64,000 nucleotides of DNA from the NCBI GenBank assembly GCA_041662205.1, contig JBAZSZ010000003.1:9772-73771 (forward strand), written 5' to 3'. This DNA is from Minisyncoccota bacterium (lineage in GTDB: Bacteria; Patescibacteriota; Minisyncoccia; Phycocordibacterales; UBA9973). Below the pieces are notes generated by a model. It was given only the letters and a program-made list of their open reading frames with translations. It had not been told where the DNA came from and searched no databases. A program made the position numbers and the translations under genes. How positions within the stretch are numbered: position 1 is the first letter of the stretch; each line of letters opens with the position of its first letter. Below, in pieces: positions 57,399-64,000 of the stretch.

Positions 57399-58409
57399 AT
57401 GAAAAATCAAAACCAAAAAGAACACAAGATTAAAATTTTTTATTCGAAAGACTGGCCCCTCGTCTCTGCTCGGGACAAGACAGGATATGAGCTCATTGAT
57501 ACAGGCGAAGGGGAAAAGCTAGAGAGATTCGGACCATACACTTTTGTTCGGCCTTATGAAGATGCGGTTTGGCCGAAAACTTTGGAAAATAAGGAATGGG
57601 CAAAAGCGGATGGAAAATTTTGGAGTTCAAAAGTTGGTGCGAAGGCTGGATGGAAAATGTCAAAGGTGGGCTTTGATCTGAAATCAAAGTGGGAGATGGA
57701 ATATAAAGGTATTAAATTTTTAGCTTTACCTACGCCCTTTAGGCATTTAGGATTTTTCCCCGAGCAGGCGAGTCATTGGGATTTTATCGAAGAAAAAATA
57801 AGCACTGCCACGGAACAGATGAAGAATTCTTTGGCTTTACTCCACCCTTCGGGCGGAACCTTCCGCCAGCAGAATTCTTCTTCTGCTCCGCGACCTAAAT
57901 TTCTAAATTTATTCGGCTACACTGGAGTAGCGAGTCTTTTTGCTCTTCGCGCTGGTGCGGAAGTTACGCATGTCGATGCTTCAAAGCAAACTTTGAATTG
58001 GGCGAAAGAAAATCAAAATTGTAATGCTTTGCTTGTTGGGGCGCCGATGCGAGTGATAGAAGATGATGTAATGAAATTTTTAGAACGAGAAATAAAAAGG
58101 GGAAATAAATACGATGCAGTCATAATGGACCCACCGAAGTTTGGCAGAGGACCCAAGGGAGAAGTTTGGAAAATTGAAGAAATGTTGCCGAAACTTTTAT
58201 CACAAGTGCAAAAAGTTTTAAGTGATAAACCTATTTTTGTAATTCTAACTTCTTATGCGATTGATTCTTCTTCGCTTTCTTTGGGTTACGCTCTTTTTGA
58301 TATAATGAAGAATTTAAAAGGTAATACTGAACAAGGAGAGCTTTGCGTGTTAGAAAAATCCAACAATCGCATTATTCCACTTGCTAATACGGCCGTATGG
58401 AGCGTATAA
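57399..58409 (+). CDS. class I SAM-dependent methyltransferase (RlmI-like family)
   Basis: GEKLERFG, GFFPEQ, LNLFGYTG, HVDAS, DPPKFGRG. Confidence 0.88.
   Translation: MKNQNQKEHKIKIFYSKDWPLVSARDKTGYELIDTGEGEKLERFGPYTFVRPYEDAVWPKTLENKEWAKADGKFWSSKVGAKAGWKMSKVGFDLKSKWEMEYKGIKFLALPTPFRHLGFFPEQASHWDFIEEKISTATEQMKNSLALLHPSGGTFRQQNSSSAPRPKFLNLFGYTGVASLFALRAGAEVTHVDASKQTLNWAKENQNCNALLVGAPMRVIEDDVMKFLEREIKRGNKYDAVIMDPPKFGRGPKGEVWKIEEMLPKLLSQVQKVLSDKPIFVILTSYAIDSSSLSLGYALFDIMKNLKGNTEQGELCVLEKSNNRIIPLANTAVWSV
57811..57890. repeat. in-frame element with 20-bp terminal inverted repeats
   Basis: CGGAACAGATGAAGAATTCT / AGAATTCTTCTTCTGCTCCG, internal GGCGGAA-CC-TTCCGCC hairpin. Confidence 0.8.
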
Positions 58410-58490
58410 TTTGATTATATGATTGTAGTTGTTCTCTTTGTCATATTTATAGGTGTGGTCGCTTTTTTTATTAATCTTAATATAAATTAT

Positions 58491-59432
58491 ATGGAGCCAA
58501 ATCAAACACAAAATCAAGTAAGTTCTAAAACAAGTGCAAAAGATTTTTTTATAAATTTAGGCGCTATCGTTGCCTTAGGTTTTTTTGTCGGAAATCTCAT
58601 CAATCTTTTATTTACAATAATAAATAAGGCTTTCCCTCTCACTACTGGTTTTAATTTTTCTGGAAGTTCTTCGATTAGTTTTCCTGTAGCTTCTCTCATT
58701 ATTTTCTTTCCAGTTTATATTTTCCTCATGTATTTACTCGAAAAGGATTATGTTTTGGAACCAGAAAAGAGAAATGTCGGAATACGCAAATGGTTGACTT
58801 ATATTACTTTGTTTATTTCTGGATTTGCTTTAGTGGGGGATTTAGTGACAGTTTTATATTATTTTATTGATGGTCAAGATATCACAATGGGATTTATTCT
58901 AAAAGCTTTATCAGTCTTGATTATCTCCCTTTCAATTTTCTATTATTATATTTCTGAAGTACGAGGAAAAATGAACATGAGTTTACAAAAAAAATGGGCG
59001 CTTGGTTCAGGGATAATAATTATTGCTTGTATTATCTGGGGTTTTTCTGTTCTTGGTTCTCCTCGCAATCAGCAACTTTTAAAATATGATGGACAAAAAG
59101 TGAATGATTTACAGAGTATAGAAAATTCGGTTCAGGATTTTTACGTCACCAAAGGTGTTTTGCCAAATAATCTTGATGAACTATTAACTCAAAATTATTT
59201 TGTAAATACAATAGATTCCCAAACTCAAAAACCATACGAGTATGAAAAGACAAGTAAAACTACTTTTAGCTTGTGCGCGGAGTTCAATAAAGAATTAACT
59301 AAGGCTGATTTTGGGGCGCAGCCTATGATATTTGGTGGAAATACTTGGATTCATGGGGTTGGAAGATTTTGTTTTAATAAAACCATAAATCCAAATTTAT
59401 TTTCAAAGCCAATACCAGTGCCAGTGAGATAA
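58491..59432 (+). CDS. DUF5671-like membrane protein
   Basis: AKDFF, IRKWLTYITLF, GDL, GSP, YEY..FSLCAEF; alternative start at 58419. Confidence 0.78.
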   Translation: MEPNQTQNQVSSKTSAKDFFINLGAIVALGFFVGNLINLLFTIINKAFPLTTGFNFSGSSSISFPVASLIIFFPVYIFLMYLLEKDYVLEPEKRNVGIRKWLTYITLFISGFALVGDLVTVLYYFIDGQDITMGFILKALSVLIISLSIFYYYISEVRGKMNMSLQKKWALGSGIIIIACIIWGFSVLGSPRNQQLLKYDGQKVNDLQSIENSVQDFYVTKGVLPNNLDELLTQNYFVNTIDSQTQKPYEYEKTSKTTFSLCAEFNKELTKADFGAQPMIFGGNTWIHGVGRFCFNKTINPNLFSKPIPVPVR

Positions 59433-59433
59433 A

Positions 59434-62328
59434 ATGAAAGAATACGATCATAAGAAAATTGAAAAAAAGTGGCAGATTCTTTGGGAGAAAAAAGGAATTT
59501 ATCACGCCCAAAACAAATCTAAAAAAAAGAAATATTATAGTTTGATTGAATTTCCTTATCCATCGGGGGATGGTATGCACGTGGGACATATCAGAAGTAA
59601 TACCGCAATGGATATCATTTCCCGCAAGCGTAGAATGGAAGGCTTTAATGTGCTTTACCCCATAGGTTGGGATGCTTTCGGTTTACCTACAGAAAATTAT
59701 GCCATAAAGACAGGCAAACAACCTGCTGTTATCACAAAAAAGAATACAGATACTTTTAGGAGGCAGCTTCAGTCTATTGGTTTTTCTTTTGATTGGTCTA
59801 GAGAAATAAATACCACAGATCCAAAATATTATAAATGGACACAATGGATATTTTTACAATTTTTGAAAAAAGGTTTGGCTTATAAAGCGAAAATGACCAT
59901 TAATTGGTGTCCGAAAGATAAAATTGGCTTGGCAAATGAAGAAGTGATAAATGGATGTTGTGAACGTTGCGGAACTACTGTAGAACAAAGAGAAAAAGAA
60001 CAGTGGATGCTCGCGATTACTAAATACGCCGATAGACTCTATGAAGACTTAGATGATGTTGATTATCTTCCACAAATAAAACTCGGGCAGAGAAATTGGA
60101 TAGGGAAATCCGAAGGCGCAGAAATCGAATTTAAAATTTCTTCCCCTATCCCAGGGATGGGGGAAAAGGTGAAAGTTTTTACCACGCGTCCAGATACTAT
60201 TTTTGGGGCGACATATCTTGTGCTTGCGCCCGAGCACCAATTAGTCCAAAAATTAAAATCACAAATTCCAAATTGGAAAGAGGTGGAGAAATATATTGAG
60301 GAAACAAAAAGTAAAACTGAGATAGATAGAAAAATTGAAGACAAAATAAAAACTGGAGTTGAACTGAAAGGAATTAAGGCAATAAATCCGGCAACAAAAG
60401 AAGAAATTTCTGTGTGGATTGCAGATTATGTACTTTCAACATATGGCACAGGAGCGATAATGGCAGTTCCCGCACATGATGAGAGAGATTTTGCATTTGC
60501 AAAGAAGTATAATTTAGAAATCAAGAATGTTATTGAACCAATTTTTGTTAATAATCCAAAAGAAGATTTACACTTTGTTGAACGAGAAGCTATACATGCA
60601 ATAGTAAAACATTGGACAGAAGAAAAATATTTAGCTCTAAAGTGGAAAAAAGTCGACTGGCTAACTTTTGTAACTGGAGGGGTAGAATCTGGAGAAAATA
60701 CTAAAGATGCTGCAATACGAGAGATTCAAGAAGAAACTGGATATCAAAATATAAAATTAATTAAAGAGTTACCACGTTCACATAGTAAGTTTTATCATGA
60801 GCCCAAAAAAGAAAATCGTTTTGCTCATTTTTCTAACTTTTATTTTCAACTCATTAATGATGAACAAAAAGAATTATCTCAAGAAGAAAAAGAAATACAT
60901 GAATTAAGATGGATGACTATAGAAGATTTGGAAAAAGAGATGACAATAGGTGGTGCTTTACGAGATTTAGAAAATTTACAAGGTAAAGAAAAATTTTATC
61001 TGGGCAATGGTATAGTAACTAATTCTGGGAGATTTGATGGTCAGGATTCAGAAAAAGCTAAAAAGGAAATTGTAAAATTTGTCGGGGGGAAAATAAAAAC
61101 TACTTTTAAGCTTCGTGATTGGATTTTTTCTAGACAGCGATATTGGGGTGAACCTATTCCGGTAATTCATTGTGAAGATTGTGGAATGGTCCCTGTGCCG
61201 GAAAAAGATTTACCAGTAGAATTACCAAAAGTAAAAAATTATCAGCCGACGGATAGCGGGGAATCACCGCTCGCAAATATTGCAAAATGGGTGAACGTAA
61301 AATGTCCAAAGTGTAAAGGCAAAGCCAATAGGGAAACAGACACGATGCCAAACTGGGCTGGTTCTAGCTGGTATTATCTTCGCTATACAGATCCAAAAAA
61401 TAAAAAAGAATTTGCCAATAAAAAAAATCTAAAATATTGGACACCAGTGGATTGGTACAATGGAGGCAATGAACACACCACACTTCATCTTTTATATTCT
61501 CGTTTTTGGCATAAATTTTTGTACGATTTAAAATTAGTGCCGACAAATGAACCATATATGAAACGTACTTCACACGGTATGATTTTAGGTGGGGGAGGTG
61601 TAAAAATGTCAAAGTCTCTTGGTAATGTAATAAATCCAGACGATATAGTAAAAACATATGGTGCAGATACATTACGCCTTTATGAGATGTTTATGGGGCC
61701 TTTCAATCAATCCGTCGCTTGGAGTGAAGAAGCGATTATTGGGCCGAGAAGATTTTTGGAAAGGGTGTGGAAGATAGGGAAACAAGTTGCCGAGCCTGAT
61801 ACTTTTACTCAGTCGCTCGGTCCCTCGCTTCGCTCAGCCACTCCTTCGCAAAAGCATACAGGCTCGGCAATGTCTGTTTCAAAACTACTCAATAAAACTA
61901 TCAAGAAAGTAACCGAAGATATCGAAGAAATGCGTTTTAATACGGCAGTTTCGACGATGATGATCTTGGTAAATGAAATGGATAAAAACGAAGTTAGTAT
62001 AAAAGATTTTAAAAAATTCTTACAGATTCTTGCTCCATTTGCTCCACACATTACTGAAGAACTTTGGGGTGTATTGGGTGAGAAAAAAACAATTCATCTT
62101 TCAGAGTGGCCTAAGTGGGATAAAAATTTTATTCAAGATGAAGAGATAAAAATAGCAGTACAGATAAATGGGAAAGTTAAGGCAGAAATAATGATATTGC
62201 TTGATGAAGACGAAGAGTCAATAAAGAAAAAAGTCTTTGCCAATGAAACAGTTTTGAAACAAATAGCTGGCAAAGAAATAAAAAAAGTGTTTTATGTAAA
62301 AAATAGACTTTTAAACATAGTTTTGTAG
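59434..62328 (+). CDS. leuS: leucine--tRNA ligase with inserted NUDIX domain
   Basis: FPYPSG..HVGH, GWDAFGLP, FTTRPDT, YGTGAIMAVPAHD, RQRYWG, KMSKS. Confidence 0.97.
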   Translation: MKEYDHKKIEKKWQILWEKKGIYHAQNKSKKKKYYSLIEFPYPSGDGMHVGHIRSNTAMDIISRKRRMEGFNVLYPIGWDAFGLPTENYAIKTGKQPAVITKKNTDTFRRQLQSIGFSFDWSREINTTDPKYYKWTQWIFLQFLKKGLAYKAKMTINWCPKDKIGLANEEVINGCCERCGTTVEQREKEQWMLAITKYADRLYEDLDDVDYLPQIKLGQRNWIGKSEGAEIEFKISSPIPGMGEKVKVFTTRPDTIFGATYLVLAPEHQLVQKLKSQIPNWKEVEKYIEETKSKTEIDRKIEDKIKTGVELKGIKAINPATKEEISVWIADYVLSTYGTGAIMAVPAHDERDFAFAKKYNLEIKNVIEPIFVNNPKEDLHFVEREAIHAIVKHWTEEKYLALKWKKVDWLTFVTGGVESGENTKDAAIREIQEETGYQNIKLIKELPRSHSKFYHEPKKENRFAHFSNFYFQLINDEQKELSQEEKEIHELRWMTIEDLEKEMTIGGALRDLENLQGKEKFYLGNGIVTNSGRFDGQDSEKAKKEIVKFVGGKIKTTFKLRDWIFSRQRYWGEPIPVIHCEDCGMVPVPEKDLPVELPKVKNYQPTDSGESPLANIAKWVNVKCPKCKGKANRETDTMPNWAGSSWYYLRYTDPKNKKEFANKKNLKYWTPVDWYNGGNEHTTLHLLYSRFWHKFLYDLKLVPTNEPYMKRTSHGMILGGGGVKMSKSLGNVINPDDIVKTYGADTLRLYEMFMGPFNQSVAWSEEAIIGPRRFLERVWKIGKQVAEPDTFTQSLGPSLRSATPSQKHTGSAMSVSKLLNKTIKKVTEDIEEMRFNTAVSTMMILVNEMDKNEVSIKDFKKFLQILAPFAPHITEELWGVLGEKKTIHLSEWPKWDKNFIQDEEIKIAVQINGKVKAEIMILLDEDEESIKKKVFANETVLKQIAGKEIKKVFYVKNRLLNIVL
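60141..60165. repeat. 25-bp REP-like unit in-frame in leuS
   Basis: TTCCCCTATCCCAGGGATGGGGGAA, reads SPIPGMGE. Confidence 0.8.
61787..61870. repeat. 84-bp in-frame element with terminal inverted repeats in leuS
   Basis: TTGCCGAGCCTG / CAGGCTCGGCAA; GC-rich; 28 codons long. Confidence 0.82.
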
Positions 62329-62423
62329 TTGTTTAAAAAGATAAATCTAGATATAATGAATACAACATATTAAATGTTTATAATTTATAGTCGTTGTTGT
62401 TTATTATTTTTTATTAAAAACTT

Positions 62424-64000
62424 ATGATTTCAAGCATATTTGACAAGATTTCATTTTGGGCATTATTTTTAGTGATAGTATTATTACCACTTTTCTGTTT
62501 ACCTTTTACCAATATACCGGTTGAGACTTCTAAAGGACTCCTTTTAGTTGTTGGGCTTGCAATATCTGTGATTTTTTGGGCAATAGCTAGATTCTCTGAT
62601 GGTAAAATAATTCTTCCAAAATCATGGCTTTTAGTTTCTGGTTTTAGTATAGCTTTGATATTTTTATTGTCCTCTCTTTTTTCCTCGAATCCTCTAGTTT
62701 CATTATTTGGTACGATGTTTGATATTGGATCTTTCTATTTTATTTTTGCTGGCTTTGTTTTGATGTTGATGTCTTCTGTCGTTTTTAAAAATCCTAAACA
62801 GGCTAAAATACTTTTACTTGGGGCAATCCTGTCTTTGGCTTTTGTTTCGATTTTTCAGGTTGTTCATTTATTTGCGCCTACATTCTCATCGCTTGGGATC
62901 TTATCTTCTAAAACAGGAAATATTTTAGGTTCTTGGAATGCGCTCGGGCTTTTTGCAGGCTTTTCTATTTTGATGTTTCTTTTTATAATTGAATTTTTTC
63001 CAACTTCTAGAAGAGAGAAAATTTTATTGGGAATATTTATTTTATTTTCTGCCCTTCTAATGATAGTGGTAAATTTTCAATTAGCTTGGGTGCTTTTTGG
63101 AATTTCTAATTTGATAATATTTGTCTATAAGGCGTCAATCGTTTCTCAAGTAAAAGAAGAGAATGAGGGGGGAAATCCTGTCTACATAGGTGGGAACAAA
63201 AGACAATTTCCTATTATACCTTTTGTAGGTCTGATGATATCCTTGTTATTTTTTATTTCTGGACAGTTTGTCGGTGGTGTTGTTTCAAATCGTTTACAGA
63301 TATCAAATACTGAAATTAATCCTTCTCTTAGCGCTACTATGTCCATAACCAAAGAAGTATTTGTTAAAAATCCATTACTGGGTACTGGTCCAAATAGATT
63401 TGGTGTTGCTTGGTCAATGTATAAACCTTTTGCCATAAACAATACCCAATTCTGGGACACCACTTTTGATTCAGGTTCAGGATTATTACCTACCTTAGTT
63501 TCTACCGCTGGGATTCCCGCTATTCTAGCTTGGATTATTTTTCTTATTTTGTTTTTAATTATTGGAGTAAGGTCAGTTTTTTCTAGTATTAAAAATGGTA
63601 AAAATTGGGAGATGGTAGTATTTTTTGTATTATCCTTATATTTATTTGTTGCTTCATTCTTTTATTTTACTGGATCAGTAATTTTCCTATTAGCGCTTGC
63701 ATTTGCTGGGGTATTTATTGGATTAACTACTTCTAATTCCAATAAAGAAATATCAATATCATTTTTAGAAGATCATAGAAAAAGTTTTTTCTCTATTTTA
63801 TTACTCATCTTGCTTATGATTTTTTCTGCCTCTCTTTCATTTATGTATATAGAACGTTTTGCTTCTGTTTATTATTTCAGAAAATCCCTCTCCGCCACGA
63901 CCATTTCAGACGCAGAAGTTTATATTAACAAAGCACTTTCTTTATATTCAAATGATCTATATTTGCGTACTTATTCACAAATATACCTTATTAAGTTAAA
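62424..64000 (+). CDS. multi-TM O-antigen ligase-like protein, 3' partial
   Basis: Open frame MISSIFDKISFW... runs off window; KNPLLGTGPNRF motif. Confidence 0.7.
   Translation, partial: MISSIFDKISFWALFLVIVLLPLFCLPFTNIPVETSKGLLLVVGLAISVIFWAIARFSDGKIILPKSWLLVSGFSIALIFLLSSLFSSNPLVSLFGTMFDIGSFYFIFAGFVLMLMSSVVFKNPKQAKILLLGAILSLAFVSIFQVVHLFAPTFSSLGILSSKTGNILGSWNALGLFAGFSILMFLFIIEFFPTSRREKILLGIFILFSALLMIVVNFQLAWVLFGISNLIIFVYKASIVSQVKEENEGGNPVYIGGNKRQFPIIPFVGLMISLLFFISGQFVGGVVSNRLQISNTEINPSLSATMSITKEVFVKNPLLGTGPNRFGVAWSMYKPFAINNTQFWDTTFDSGSGLLPTLVSTAGIPAILAWIIFLILFLIIGVRSVFSSIKNGKNWEMVVFFVLSLYLFVASFFYFTGSVIFLLALAFAGVFIGLTTSNSNKEISISFLEDHRKSFFSILLLILLMIFSASLSFMYIERFASVYYFRKSLSATTISDAEVYINKALSLYSNDLYLRTYSQIYLIKL

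Overview
Low-GC chromosomal segment from a Patescibacteria/CPR genome (Parcubacteria, Nomurabacteria-like; inferred from gene content and typical hypothetical families; genetic code 11). It carries a 5S rRNA, six intact tRNAs, one degenerate tRNA-like sequence and housekeeping genes (rodA, folD, secDF, secG, lemA, htpX, gatCA, prfB, ftsEX, pyrG, pgl, zwf, rnj, ychF, leuS). It also has a CsoR-CopA copper locus, an ECF sigma module and many small membrane or secreted proteins. There is no CRISPR array, transposase or integrase. Most notable: (1) a convergent nucleotide-tailoring cluster (guanylate-kinase-like + divergent DHODH/PreA-like Fe-S flavoprotein + Zn-ribbon, facing CYTH + atypical TruD); (2) a cobalamin riboswitch ahead of two transcobalamin-like proteins with no transporter; (3) a stand-alone Cas2/PaaX-like gene bracketed by identical perfect palindromes; (4) several palindromic repeat families that flank single genes or sit in-frame inside conserved genes; (5) a tRNA-Asp-anchored mini-element; (6) pervasive leaderless-type starts plus a GTCG leader motif. 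All protein assignments are from motif recognition by eye, not database searches.
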